Below are positions 1 to 10,226 of a stretch of DNA of 64,000 bases, piece by piece. Within the stretch, counting starts at the first letter, position 1; each line of letters opens with the position of its first letter. Origin of the DNA: Terriglobia bacterium (lineage in GTDB: Bacteria > Acidobacteriota > Terriglobia > Terriglobales > Acidobacteriaceae); the NCBI GenBank assembly GCA_963742495.1, contig CAVULZ010000006.1, forward strand, positions 93,428 through 157,427. The letters run 5' to 3'. The position numbers and the translations under genes were made by a program. The notes under the pieces are model-generated. The model had not been told where the DNA came from, ran no database searches, and saw only the letters and a list, made by a program, of their open reading frames with translations.

Positions 1-246
1 CAGGGCTGGGTTCTTGACGGCTAAGTCCGAAAGCTGCGACACCGCCTCGTCATATCGTCCCTGCTGCAGCAGCCTTCGCGCGTCGGCGAAGTCTGTATCT
101 GTGCGCGCGGATTGCGAAGCCGTGCCGGGAATCTGGGGAGGAGGAACGGCCGGAGATTGTGCCCACACCACAAAGCAGCTGGTGCACAGGAAAGCCGCCG
201 TCCATCTGAACCATCTCATCGAAATCGTTGGGACCAGGAGGCTCAT
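1..246 (-). CDS. partial CDS: N-terminal end of a secreted TPR-like protein, running off the left edge of the window
   Basis: Own translation of the minus strand from ATG 246-244 gives MSLLVPTISMRWFRWTAAFLCTSCFVVWAQSPAVPPPQIPGT...DFADARRLLQQGRYDEAVSQLSDLAVKNPAL. It stays open for all 82 codons to base 1 and has a signal-like hydrophobic start. It is absent from the ORF track because no stop lies inside the window. Confidence 0.45.
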   Translation of the reverse strand, partial: MSLLVPTISMRWFRWTAAFLCTSCFVVWAQSPAVPPPQIPGTASQSARTDTDFADARRLLQQGRYDEAVSQLSDLAVKNPAL

Positions 247-345
247 GACAGAAGACATTAAATTGAATTATTGAAATTAGAACACAAAGATGTGAAGAGG
301 ACGCGATACGGCCCGGGGGAACCTCAATGCCTCGAGGCCGTGGCA

Positions 346-753
346 TCAGTTCCCACAATCAGGCGGGGTGCGATTCAATCTCCGTAAGGCATCTTTCGCC
401 GCAGCCATGTCGGGATTGAACTCCAATACTCGTAGCGCTGTCGCGCGCGCGTCGTCGAACCGTTTCTCGTCGCAGAATGTTACCACCAGGTTCATGCCCA
501 GATTGCTTCTGGCGGGCGCATGCCGAAAATCGCCCTGCCACAGTCCGACTGCCTGGCGCAGCTGTCCGCCCTTGGCCTCGATGACACCCAGGTTGGCGCC
601 GGCATCAATCAGGTCCGGGTCCAGACTGAGCGCTCGCCGGTAGAGTTCACTGGCCTGGCGGGTCGCGCCATGCCTTTGTTCGATGTAGCCCAGCGCGCTC
701 AAGACCTGCGGATCATTCGGGAACTTTGATGCTGCCGAGCGCAACAACTTCAG
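346..753 (-). other. TPR-repeat coding segment, out of frame with the cytochrome ORF directly upstream; probably the C-terminal part of one cytochrome-TPR gene interrupted by a frameshift
   Basis: The tail of ORF 346..1575 reads KLLRSAASKFPNDPQVLSALGYIEQRHGATRQASELYRRALSLDPDLIDAGANLGVIEAKGG...VLEFNPDMAAAKDALRRL, which is TPR-like. The rest of that ORF (754-1575) is an out-of-frame overlap of the cytochrome gene. Confidence 0.55.
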
Positions 754-2128
754 CCTGGGGATCCCCCGCATCCACACCTTCATTCTCCAGGGATTCCCAC
801 GCCAGTGCCAGATCGCGGACGTCCTTTTCGGCGTCGGGGGAATCCGGAAAGGGAACCAGGCGCAGCCTCTGGGGCGGAAACTTCGAGTCCCGCGATGCCT
901 GCTTCGAGGTTTCCGGAAAGCGGGGAATACGGTGGTCGTTCCCCTGAGTGTGCGCGACATCGGTACTAGCGGAGGCAGGCATGTGGCACGACATGCAGTC
1001 GGGCTGCGTGGCATGGTGCCTGGTCCCGAAATCGGCGCCATGGCAGGCCAGGCACTTTGCCCGGTAGTACGAGACCCGCTCTTCGGCGGAAGGCTGATAG
1101 TGGGGATCGTGACAGCTTGTACACGACATGCCATCCCCGGATTTTTTCTTGCAAACGCTCTGCGCCAGGGCTTCCACCTGGCTGACTCCTCCCAGCCGCC
1201 CGCCCTGGGCGCCAGCCAGAATGTAATAGCGAATGTACTGGGAAAGCGACTCGCCGGGCTGGAACTGGTAGGCATGGCGCCCCGGGCGCTCGATCGCGAC
1301 CTTGCCCTCCAGATGGCACTGCATGCAGACGGCGTCGCGGCGCTCGGGCGAGAGCCGGGCGGGATTGACGATCGAGCCAGCTGCGGCTGCGGTTTGCCCC
1401 GCCGCGACGTGGGCGGCGCCGGGTCCGTGGCAGCGTTCACAGGTGATCCCGGCGTAGAGGAAGGGCGGCACCGGATAGAGGTTGTCGGTTCCCTCGACCG
1501 GCGCCCGCATGCCGCTAACGTGGCAACGCAGGCAACTGGTATAGGCGGGCAGGTTGAGGGGCATTTCGCGCGCATTCTGATACGCGGGCGCCATGTCCCA
1601 ACGGCGCTCGTTGCTATACCAATTCACCGGCGATTCGAACAGGAACCCGTCCTGGGCGAACAGGTAGCTCAATCCGCGGCGTCCTGAGCCAATGTAGTAC
1701 AGCAACTCCCGTTTGCCCCGCACCGCTGGATCCCCCGGCCGTTCGAAGCTTAGCCAGACATGTCCGGCTTCGGAATAAACCCGGTAGTGCACACCTGAAC
1801 TGGGATGGACGAAATCGGCCGGAACGACATTTTCAATCGCCGGGCCGCTGGCGCGTGCCATGGGAGTACGCACGTACGACTGGTAGATCGCCGCATGGCA
1901 ACCAGCACAGGCCTGGTTGCCGAGATAGCCCGGTGCATCTTCCGGAATGGCCGAAGCTGGTGGTTGGTGGCTGCCGGTTCGTACAGACTGAGTGGACGGT
2001 TGTTCCCCGGCGCTAATCCGGGACAAATTGGAGAGCTGAGACTGGACCAAGGCAGAAGTGCAGACCCACAGAGCCGCCGCAAGGCCGATCCGCCTGACCA
2101 AGACAATCCTCGGAAGCAGCCCCAACAA
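713..2128 (-). CDS. multiheme c-type cytochrome (7 CxxCH motifs) with N-terminal signal anchor
   Basis: Seven heme-binding motifs are present: CAGCH, CLRCH, CERCH, CMQCH, CTSCH, CLACH, CMSCH. The N-terminus is hydrophobic (LVRRIGLAAALWVCTSALV). Confidence 0.85.
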   Translation of the reverse strand: MLGLLPRIVLVRRIGLAAALWVCTSALVQSQLSNLSRISAGEQPSTQSVRTGSHQPPASAIPEDAPGYLGNQACAGCHAAIYQSYVRTPMARASGPAIENVVPADFVHPSSGVHYRVYSEAGHVWLSFERPGDPAVRGKRELLYYIGSGRRGLSYLFAQDGFLFESPVNWYSNERRWDMAPAYQNAREMPLNLPAYTSCLRCHVSGMRAPVEGTDNLYPVPPFLYAGITCERCHGPGAAHVAAGQTAAAAGSIVNPARLSPERRDAVCMQCHLEGKVAIERPGRHAYQFQPGESLSQYIRYYILAGAQGGRLGGVSQVEALAQSVCKKKSGDGMSCTSCHDPHYQPSAEERVSYYRAKCLACHGADFGTRHHATQPDCMSCHMPASASTDVAHTQGNDHRIPRFPETSKQASRDSKFPPQRLRLVPFPDSPDAEKDVRDLALAWESLENEGVDAGDPQAEVVALGSIKVPE

Positions 2129-2199
2129 TTAGATGAGGCGCTAGTCGAGAAAGGTTTTCCAGCTATCTGCGGATAAATAAGGATGATGTAGAAATCCGG

Positions 2200-2233
2200 A
2201 AAAAATAAGGAGGGAGTCTATGACTCCCTCCTT
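2200..2233 (-). terminator. rho-independent terminator downstream of the TonB-dependent receptor gene
   Basis: A 12-bp stem aaggagggagtc / gactccctcctt (2207-2233) has a 3-nt loop. On the minus strand it is followed by a T6 run (A run 2200-2205 on plus). Confidence 0.7.
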
Positions 2234-2256
2234 GTAGAGCAGTACCCGCTTCTGTT

Positions 2257-5200
2257 CTAGAAGTCGAAGCGGATGGCAAACTGCAGCTGCCTCATGGTTG
2301 TGCCATTTTCCAGAGATGTAATCTTGCCGTTGTTGCCGCCCTGGCAATCGATACAGCCATTAGCTCCGTTGTTTGCACTGAAGGCATAGACGGGGTGATT
2401 GAAGACGTTGAAGGCATCCACGCGGAACTGCGCGCTGAGCCTCTCCGTGACCCGGAATTTCTTCACCGCAGAAAGATCGGAGTAGAAGCCCGATGGGCCA
2501 TGGTAAGTGTTGCGGCCGAGGTTGCCGAGGTTCCCGACGCCCGGATCCGTGAAGATTCCAGGATTGGTGACAATGTTCGCCACCGGGGTGAAGAAGGTAA
2601 TGGTATGCGCGATCGGGTCAAGCGATCCCGCCCCAGTCTTGAGGGTGCCTTTGCCTTTGTTCGGTCGGCAGACACCTACGTCCTCCTCTGGACCGCATTC
2701 CGCGAAGCTGGGGGTCCAGGGCAAACCGCTGCTCCAGTTGGTGGTATTGGCTAACTGCCATCCGCCCACGACATAGTCCATGGCCCGGCTTGAGTTGCCC
2801 ATGTATTTCTTGCCTTTGCCGAAGGGCAATTCATAAACCGTGTTGAACACGAATACGTGGTTGCGATTGAAGTCAACCGGTCCGTACGCGATGGGATGAC
2901 TGATCGCGTAGTAGCCATCGGTATATCCGTTGGCATGCGCGAAGGTGTAGTGAGAAATGAACTGCAGGCCATTGTTGAACCGCTTCTCAACCTTCGCTTC
3001 GAATGCGTTGTAGTTGCTCGACGCATCGTTGCCGTAGAAGTTGCCCAAATCGAACGGAATCTTGGTGCAATTTCCCAGCGCGTCTTCTGGTCCGCACAGC
3101 GGTCTTCGCTGGTTCTGCGTATAGGTTACGCCAGTGACGGGATTGATCGCGTTGAAATTCACGATGGAAACCGGGTTCACGTCGTAGTTGGGTCCGTTAC
3201 CGGCAAAGCCGTGCGTTCCCTTGCTACCGACGTAAGCGACTTCCACGCTAACCGTGTTCGTGAGCTGGTGCTGCACGGTCGCATTCCACGAATCCACCAG
3301 CGGCAGAACTTGCTTCGTGGGACGAATGTGCGTACCTGAGACCTGGCCGCCCAGCGTGGCGAACGGAATGATGCCGTCGGAAGGCACGGCGGGGAAGGTG
3401 GCCGCGATCGGTCCGTCGTCCAAAAGGAAGACCTTGACTTTGTCCCCGGCAGCCAGTGGATTGAAATTGGTGGCATTCACATTCTGCTTTAACAGTACGG
3501 GCAGGTTCTGGGTCACCGTGTGTCCGAAGTTCGAGCCGAACACCCCGATGTCATAGCTCCGTCCGTAACCCATCCGCACGACGGTCTTCGGCGTCAGTTG
3601 GTACGCGATACCGAGGCGGGGAGCAAACGCGGTTAAGGTGTTATCCACGTTGCCATTTAAGCCGATTTTACCGAAGCCGGCGACGCGGATGGCGCCGGTT
3701 CCGCCGTTATCAATGATGTTGGCGAATCCGCCGTTGCCCTTGGCATTCACGGTTTCGGGGAAGTAGATTTCCCAGCGCAGCCCGTAGTTGAGGGTGAGCT
3801 TGGAAGTTACGCGCCAGGTGTCCTGGCCGTAAAAGAACCAGCGCTTCTGGCGTTCGGCTGCGTTGTTCGCGCCCGGAAGATCAGGATTGTTGACGTAGCG
3901 CGCGAAGGACGTGACCTGTCCCAGCAGGAACGATGCCAGGTCGAGCCCGCCAGCCCCGCCGTTCGATGTGGCTTCGGGACTGAAGTTGTATTCTCCCGTG
4001 CGATTGTTGTCGCTGGGGATACGCAAGTTCATGGCGTAGCGGATGTCACCACCGAACTTGATTTGATGATTTCCTTTCAATTTGGTCCAGTTATTAACGA
4101 ACTGGAACTGTTGCTCGCTTTCGGTGAGCGGACAATTGCAACGTCCCACACCCAGACCGTCTCCGAAACTGGAAATAACGCAGCCTTGGCTGCCACTGTT
4201 TGGAGCGCAACCTTGACCGCTGATCGGATCCGGGCCGAGCAGGAACGCCCCCAGGCCTGCCGTCTTGGGATCCGACGTGTTCGCGTTGGGAATCCCGAAG
4301 TCGCTCATCGGAGTGCCGCCGTCAGGCTTCTGGGTCTGGGGATTGTATTTGAAGTAGCCAAAACGGAAATCGGTCAACAGCGAAGTGCTAATCGTCTTGG
4401 TAAAGCCGCTGGCCAGGCTGTAGTTGTGGGTTATGGAACTTCCTGCCAGACCAAGCAAGCCATTGCCCGGCCCACCCACCGCACCCAACACGCCCTTGCC
4501 CGACAACTTGAAGTAGTCGAGGCTGAATCGTCCGAAGACATTGACGGTCGAGCTCGCGGTATAGTCAATCCGCGTGTCAAAGCTGTTCTGGGTGAACGGG
4601 CCCGAACCCGACCCGATCAGGTTATTGAGTACAGCGCCACTCTGCGGCGCAGGAAACGCCGCCAGAATCTTTCCCGCCGCCGGCGAAATGTCGGCAATCG
4701 GAATCTGGTTGTTGACAAACGCTGCACGACCGGCGCCGGTGTTGAGATCGCCGGTCGTGGGATCGAAAACCTGGCCGCCACCAGTGACGCCCGCCGTCAG
4801 ATATTCGCTCAAGTCGCAAGAGCCAGGGGTCGCACTGGTTGCGTTGGTGGCCGGGTTACAACTTGTCGCCGCCCGGGTGGTAGGAACGGTGAACGTGCCG
4901 CTTACGCCGTTAGTCTGGCGTGTACCCTGGTAGTCGCCGAAGAAGAATAACTTGTCTTTAATGATGGCGCCACCGATCGTGCCGCCGAATTGCGCCCAGC
5001 GAGAGGGCGGAATGAAGCGATGGGTGATGGGATCGCGGGTGGATTGCGCGAAGGGATCGCGGGCCTGCTGCGCGTCCGAGCGGCGGAAGAGGAAACCGCT
5101 GCCATGAAGCTGATTGGAACCTGACTTGGTCTGCGCGGTCACCACGCTGGAGACGGCCTTGCCGAATTCCGCGTCATAGTTCTGCAATGAGACTTTGGCT

Positions 5201-5877
5201 TCGGTCACGGCATCCAGGTTGGGATTCACCACAATAATCCCAAGGATAGGATCCTGATTGTCGGTCCCGTCCAGTTCGAAAGCGGTGCCGCTGAAGTGCT
5301 GGCCCTGGGTGAAGATTTGCTGGCTGCCCTGCGGATTCTCGGTGGCGGCGTGGCTCCAGCCCACCAACTTTTGCGAACCCGGCGCCATCAATTGCAGGGT
5401 GGTAAAGTTCCGGTTCAGGATGGGGACATCCTGAACGTACCTGTCATTGAAGGTGGTGGCGACGTCGGCTCGGTCTGTCGTCAACTGTGGGGCCTCCGAG
5501 GTGACTTCCACGGTTTCGGTGGATCCGCCAACCTGGAACTGCCCGTCTACGCGCGAGCCAGCGTCGGCCGAGACACTGATACTCTTGGCTTCAAACGCCT
5601 TGAACCCGCTGCCTTCGGCTCGGATGTTGTACAGATCTGGGATGAGGTGAGTGACGCTGTAATTGCCGTCGCTATTGGTGGTAGTTTCGAACGTCGTACC
5701 TTTGGACGCCGACGTCACCGTAACCTTAGCGCCTGCTACAGCTGCGCCCGAAGGATCGGTAATGGTCCCGAAGATACTGCCGTAGACCGCCTGCGCAGAC
5801 GCCTGGGGCGCCCCCAATGTGCCCAGAACAACGAACACGGCCAGAGCACCGAGCAGCACAAAAAACTTTGTCTTCAT
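2257..5877 (-). CDS. TonB-dependent outer-membrane receptor with N-terminal carboxypeptidase-regulatory-like domain
   Basis: ORF 2257..6009 was trimmed to ATG 5877, which has GGAGG just upstream and the signal peptide MKTKFFVLLGALAVFVVLGTLGAPQASAQ. The motif GTITDPSGAAVAGAKVTVT...NSDGNYSV is CarboxypepD_reg-like. A long beta-barrel region ends in the aromatic terminus ...FAIRFDF. Confidence 0.9.
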   Translation of the reverse strand: MKTKFFVLLGALAVFVVLGTLGAPQASAQAVYGSIFGTITDPSGAAVAGAKVTVTSASKGTTFETTTNSDGNYSVTHLIPDLYNIRAEGSGFKAFEAKSISVSADAGSRVDGQFQVGGSTETVEVTSEAPQLTTDRADVATTFNDRYVQDVPILNRNFTTLQLMAPGSQKLVGWSHAATENPQGSQQIFTQGQHFSGTAFELDGTDNQDPILGIIVVNPNLDAVTEAKVSLQNYDAEFGKAVSSVVTAQTKSGSNQLHGSGFLFRRSDAQQARDPFAQSTRDPITHRFIPPSRWAQFGGTIGGAIIKDKLFFFGDYQGTRQTNGVSGTFTVPTTRAATSCNPATNATSATPGSCDLSEYLTAGVTGGGQVFDPTTGDLNTGAGRAAFVNNQIPIADISPAAGKILAAFPAPQSGAVLNNLIGSGSGPFTQNSFDTRIDYTASSTVNVFGRFSLDYFKLSGKGVLGAVGGPGNGLLGLAGSSITHNYSLASGFTKTISTSLLTDFRFGYFKYNPQTQKPDGGTPMSDFGIPNANTSDPKTAGLGAFLLGPDPISGQGCAPNSGSQGCVISSFGDGLGVGRCNCPLTESEQQFQFVNNWTKLKGNHQIKFGGDIRYAMNLRIPSDNNRTGEYNFSPEATSNGGAGGLDLASFLLGQVTSFARYVNNPDLPGANNAAERQKRWFFYGQDTWRVTSKLTLNYGLRWEIYFPETVNAKGNGGFANIIDNGGTGAIRVAGFGKIGLNGNVDNTLTAFAPRLGIAYQLTPKTVVRMGYGRSYDIGVFGSNFGHTVTQNLPVLLKQNVNATNFNPLAAGDKVKVFLLDDGPIAATFPAVPSDGIIPFATLGGQVSGTHIRPTKQVLPLVDSWNATVQHQLTNTVSVEVAYVGSKGTHGFAGNGPNYDVNPVSIVNFNAINPVTGVTYTQNQRRPLCGPEDALGNCTKIPFDLGNFYGNDASSNYNAFEAKVEKRFNNGLQFISHYTFAHANGYTDGYYAISHPIAYGPVDFNRNHVFVFNTVYELPFGKGKKYMGNSSRAMDYVVGGWQLANTTNWSSGLPWTPSFAECGPEEDVGVCRPNKGKGTLKTGAGSLDPIAHTITFFTPVANIVTNPGIFTDPGVGNLGNLGRNTYHGPSGFYSDLSAVKKFRVTERLSAQFRVDAFNVFNHPVYAFSANNGANGCIDCQGGNNGKITSLENGTTMRQLQFAIRFDF

Positions 5878-6436
5878 TACAGCCTCCCACCTTATTTTTT
5901 CGATTGTCTTTTCACCGTCTCTTCGGGAAAGAGACGCACGCCCCGAGATCGGAGTCCATCGTGTGGCTAACTGTTTGGAACCTTCGGTCAGAATTTCCGC
6001 CCCATTCACGAAATCGATCGCTTTAGTACAAAACCACTAGGTCTGAGCCGAGATGTGCAGTTAGCGCGCCTAATCAAAAATCGCTGTAGAGTGTTGATAT
6101 CGTTGTGAGAACGGCGAATCGACGGTCGTCAGACACTATGACATTTGGAAATATGGCGTTGCCGTCCTATGAAAAAATAGAATCTGCCAGATCTATGATT
6201 ACTACCGTAATTTTGGTTGAATCACGCCAACTTATTGATTAATAACAAGTAAGCTAATACGAAGCGACCCTCGATGGGCCAGTCAAGAGCTCAAGCCGGG
6301 AATTCCACAGAAATTTTTTGGGTCAAAACATGTGGTTTTTTGACTGTTGCCCGCAGGTTTCATGAAGTTTGATACGGTTACAGCCGACAAGTCTTGGCAT
6401 TGCAGTTGGTATCCGAGCTTGTTACCCTACGTGACA

Positions 6437-7699
6437 ATGAACGTTACACGCGCACAGGTGCCGCAAAGGGAACAGTACCTGGCACAAATCGATCGGCTGC
6501 TGAACAGCCATGTCTTACACGGGTCGGAATCGCTGTGCAAATTGCTGCGTTACCTGGCTGAACATGCGCTGGATCATCCCGGCTCGCCGCTGAAGGAATA
6601 CCAAATTGCGACGGAGGTATTCGGACGCTCGCCGAGCTTCGATCCTCAGTCGGATTCCACCATTCGAGTCCAGGCGGGACGACTGCGCCTCAAGATTGCC
6701 GAGTATTACGCTTCCGAAGGAGCGAATGAACCCATCCAGGTAGAGATCCCGAAGGGGACCTACGTAGTGTCGTTTCACCGGCGGGAACCCAGCCCCGCCC
6801 GGCATCAAGCACTGTCGCAGGCCGCCCGTCCCGGCGGCCTGGCAGCCGAAGACAGGACGAAGGGCGGATGGAAGCTTGCCTTTCTCATTCTCCTGGCCAT
6901 GTTGATCGTAGGGGCGACCACGGTCGGGTTGTTGCTTGGGCGCAATCCCCGAACAACCGATCAGGCGTCGGAGCCGGTCCCGGCCGCATTTGCGACATTC
7001 TGGAAGGCCTTCGCCAACGGGCCGGAAGAGCCCTGGGTGATTTTCAGCAACGGCGCCTTCGTGGGCCGGCCGGAGACCGGGATGCGTTACTTCGATCCTG
7101 CCCGCGATTCGCGCGATGAAATTCTCGAGCACTACACCGGCGTAGGGGAAGTGCTGGCGGTGCATGCTCTGGACCACACCTTCGGATTACTGCACCGGCA
7201 GATTCGAGTGAAGCGCGGAAGCCTGCTTTCGCTGGACGACGTTAAGAACAACGACATGATCTTCGTGGGTTCGCCGGCCGAGAACCTTACCCTGCGCGAA
7301 ATTCCCAGCACGCAGGATTTCGTCTTCCACAACCTCGATTCGGGACCGCGCAAAGGCGACTTGGCCATCGTGAACGTCCATCCGGAGTCGGGAGAGCCGC
7401 AGTACTGGATTGGCACACCTTCCCACACCAACCTGATCGAGGATTACTCCATTGTGGCTCTGGTGCACGGGCTGAACCCCGACAAGTCGGTGTTGATTCT
7501 GGCCGGAACCACTACGCTGGGCACACAAGCCGCGGTCGAGTTTGTCTGCCAGCAAGACTCTCTCGAGGAGCTTCTGCGGCGGTTACAGGTTCAGAATGGC
7601 GGCGAGCTCAAGCCATTCGAAGCTGTGCTGCGGGTAAAGGTAACGCGCGGAGTGCCTGTGGAATCGGACATCGTGGCGCTTCGCCGCGGAAAGCCTTAG
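6437..7699 (+). CDS. membrane-anchored protein with N-terminal OmpR/CadC-like winged-helix-like segment (putative regulator)
   Basis: Trimmed to ATG 6437. The N-terminus reads ...LLRYLAEHALDHPGSPLKEYQIATEVFGR...TIRVQAGRLRLKIAEYY...IPKGTYVVSF. There is one TM helix (WKLAFLILLAMLIVGATTVGLLLG) and a ~230-aa C-terminal domain. The gene is divergent from the receptor gene. The functional call is tentative. Confidence 0.5.
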   Translation: MNVTRAQVPQREQYLAQIDRLLNSHVLHGSESLCKLLRYLAEHALDHPGSPLKEYQIATEVFGRSPSFDPQSDSTIRVQAGRLRLKIAEYYASEGANEPIQVEIPKGTYVVSFHRREPSPARHQALSQAARPGGLAAEDRTKGGWKLAFLILLAMLIVGATTVGLLLGRNPRTTDQASEPVPAAFATFWKAFANGPEEPWVIFSNGAFVGRPETGMRYFDPARDSRDEILEHYTGVGEVLAVHALDHTFGLLHRQIRVKRGSLLSLDDVKNNDMIFVGSPAENLTLREIPSTQDFVFHNLDSGPRKGDLAIVNVHPESGEPQYWIGTPSHTNLIEDYSIVALVHGLNPDKSVLILAGTTTLGTQAAVEFVCQQDSLEELLRRLQVQNGGELKPFEAVLRVKVTRGVPVESDIVALRRGKP

Positions 7700-7870
7700 A
7701 AGAAGCTGTCAGCTTTCGGCTGTCAGCTTTCAGTTTTTCCTCCCTCTCATGATGGGTCGTCCTGAGCTTGCGAAGCCAGCGTGCACGGATGTGCACCGCA
7801 CGGCAAGGAACTGAGCACCCCAGGTCCAGATTTACTGAAAGCAGATAGTTGATTGCTGACAGCTGCACCA

Positions 7871-9679
7871 TTATGGCTTCAACTGCGGATCGAGTTCCGC
7901 CGCTCGTTGAAATTCCTGGCCCGCCTCGGCCGCGGCGCCCTTTCTTTGCAAGGCTTCCGCCAGATGAAAGTGGGCCTGCGCATAGCTTGGCGCCAGAGCG
8001 ATGGCGGCGCGGAACTGCGAGATGGCTCCTTCAAGGTCCCCCACCTTCAGAAGCCTCATTCCCGAGTTGAAATCAAAAGTTGCCGTCTGCAGGTTGGTTT
8101 TATCCGCGCTGATCTGTGCTCCCAGGCGTCCTTCGCGGGCTGCGCCTTCCGTATCGCCCATCTGCCGTAATATGGCCGCGAGCGTGGTGTGGGCGCCGGC
8201 GAAATCAGGTTGCAGACGAATCGCCTCCCGGAGGGAATCCGCTGCCTCCGGCAGTTTGCCTTGCTGCTTCAATACTGTGCCCAAGGTATAGTGCGCCTCG
8301 GCGTAATCGGGCTTGGCTTGGATGGCGGCACGGAGAGCACTCGCCGCCTGGTCGAAATCGCCTTGCTGCCACAACGTGACCCCGAGTGTGTAGTGAATGT
8401 CGGCCTGATTCGGATCGAGCGCAGCGGCTTTCTTGAATTCAGCCACGGCATCCGGCAACTGATCTTTCAGTTTTAGCGCCAGTCCCAAGTCATAGTGCAG
8501 GGTCGCATCTTCAGGGGCGAGTTTCAGGGCGGTCTGAAACTGTGCAGCCGCGGCATCGAAATCGCTTCTCTGCAAGTATGCGGTCCCCAGGTTGGTGCGG
8601 TAACCGGTGTCATCCGGCCGCAGCCGCAGGGCGGCTTCGAAGGCGGGAATGGAACTGGTCGCGTCGCCCACCTGGAGCAGCGCCAGCCCCAGGTTGTTGT
8701 GGGCGTCGGGATCGTCAGGCTGCAGGTCCACCACGTGGCGGAACGCCGTGACGGCCGCCTGCGCATCGCCGGCGCGTTGCAGCAACAGGCCAAGCTGAGT
8801 TTGCCCGTCGGCGAGATTCGGTTGCAGCTTCACTGCAGTTCGAAACTCTTCGATGGCCTGTTCGTGGTGAGCGGTGTCTTCCAGCACGCGTCCGAGATAG
8901 TAGTGGGCCTGAGCGCTTTGGGGTAGGGCTTGAACCGCACGTTGCAGCAAGGGGAGCGCTTCGTCCATCTTTTTCTGCTGCCAGCGCACCACGCCGAGAT
9001 GCAAGGCGGCCTGGGCGTAACCGGGCTGCAGTCGCAACGCCTCGGAGAATTGCTCAGCCGCCTGGTCTAATTGTGAGCGCTGCGCCAGGATGGATCCCAG
9101 TTCGTCACGCAAGTCGGCTCTTTCCGGTTGCAGCTCCACCGCCTTCCCCAGTTCGGCAGTTGCGGTTTCGAGATCGGCGCGAAAGCTGGCTATTCTTCCC
9201 AAGGTGCGGTGCGCATCAGGGTCTTTCGGAGCCAGGCGAACGGCGGCTCGAGCCTGGGATTCTGCTTCGGTCAATGCGCCATTCTTGAGCAATGCATTGG
9301 CCAGGTTCATATGCGCCTGAGCGAAATCCGGTTGCAGGCGCAGGGCGATGCGAAACTGCGAAATGCTTTCAGCGACGTGTTCTTGCGCCAGGAGCACCCA
9401 GCCGAGAAGATTGTGCCCCTCGGCGTTACCGGGTGCGAGCTTTACAACCTGTTCGAATGCCGCCCGCGCCTTGACCAGGTCGCCGCTCCGCAACGCCGCC
9501 ACGCCCCGGCGATAAGGCGACTCGGCTAGGGAGGGACTGTTCTGGGTCTGAGCCAGAGCGAATTCTGCCAACAGGACGACGATCGCCGCCAGCATTACCA
9601 GTTGGAGTGAAACAAGAACCAAGGGACTGATGGCGCGCCTCTGGTCAAGACTGGACGGCTGATCTGGTTCGAAGCCCAC
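7871..9679 (-). CDS. TPR-repeat protein with N-terminal transmembrane anchor
   Basis: More than 12 consecutive 34-aa TPR-like units are present (A..Y.LG......G....A...F..A..L.P). An N-terminal TM segment reads LVLVSLQLVMLAAIVVLLAEFAL. Confidence 0.85.
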   Translation of the reverse strand: MGFEPDQPSSLDQRRAISPLVLVSLQLVMLAAIVVLLAEFALAQTQNSPSLAESPYRRGVAALRSGDLVKARAAFEQVVKLAPGNAEGHNLLGWVLLAQEHVAESISQFRIALRLQPDFAQAHMNLANALLKNGALTEAESQARAAVRLAPKDPDAHRTLGRIASFRADLETATAELGKAVELQPERADLRDELGSILAQRSQLDQAAEQFSEALRLQPGYAQAALHLGVVRWQQKKMDEALPLLQRAVQALPQSAQAHYYLGRVLEDTAHHEQAIEEFRTAVKLQPNLADGQTQLGLLLQRAGDAQAAVTAFRHVVDLQPDDPDAHNNLGLALLQVGDATSSIPAFEAALRLRPDDTGYRTNLGTAYLQRSDFDAAAAQFQTALKLAPEDATLHYDLGLALKLKDQLPDAVAEFKKAAALDPNQADIHYTLGVTLWQQGDFDQAASALRAAIQAKPDYAEAHYTLGTVLKQQGKLPEAADSLREAIRLQPDFAGAHTTLAAILRQMGDTEGAAREGRLGAQISADKTNLQTATFDFNSGMRLLKVGDLEGAISQFRAAIALAPSYAQAHFHLAEALQRKGAAAEAGQEFQRAAELDPQLKP

Positions 9680-9782
9680 CGAAAAATACTACTATGCCCA
9701 GCCATGCAGAACTGATTTTTCGGAGAGTCGTGCAGGCTGCCGGATCACCATCGAAGCCGGGTAATGTATCAGTTTGAAATTC

Positions 9783-9965
9783 TCAGAAGTCGGGAGCAAA
9801 GAGCACGCGGAGCAGGAACCAAAAACCCTCGTGGATGATACCGTAGATAAACCCAATCACTATGAGCAAACCTAAAATTCCCTTTGCCCAAGTAGGGAGT
9901 GGATCGACGATTTTATCTATTGCTCTTGAGATCAGTCCCATTAAGCGACGCTCTTCTTTCTGCAA
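9783..9965 (-). CDS. possible small membrane protein (60 aa)
   Basis: There is a hydrophobic C-terminal half (ILGLLIVIGFIYGIIHEGFWFLLRVLF) and no overlapping larger ORF. No family was recognised. Confidence 0.3.
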   Translation of the reverse strand: MQKEERRLMGLISRAIDKIVDPLPTWAKGILGLLIVIGFIYGIIHEGFWFLLRVLFAPDF

Positions 9966-10226
9966 GGACCACGCTTCGCGGACTGTGGCAGATAATTGTC
10001 CGCTATCTGGATAATCTCTTCAAGGCTCCAAACGTGATCGCTCAGGCCCGCCTCTTTGTGCTGGAGTGCAGCGCAACGTCTTGTGAATCCGGGCGAAGTT
10101 GTAATAGACGGAGTGAATCGCGACCATCGCCGCGTGATTCCACGGGACCAAATTTCAAACTGATACACTACCCGAAGCCGGCGCACCTTGACCCTCTCAT
10201 GTCCGCCCCCTAGTATCCAGGCAGTC

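Noticed and set aside
754-1575. The N-terminal 270 aa of ORF 346..1575 (-)
   Set aside because: This is an out-of-frame overlap of the 7-heme cytochrome gene. It is Pro/Arg/Ser-rich with no motifs. Only the last ~135 aa (TPR-like) look real.
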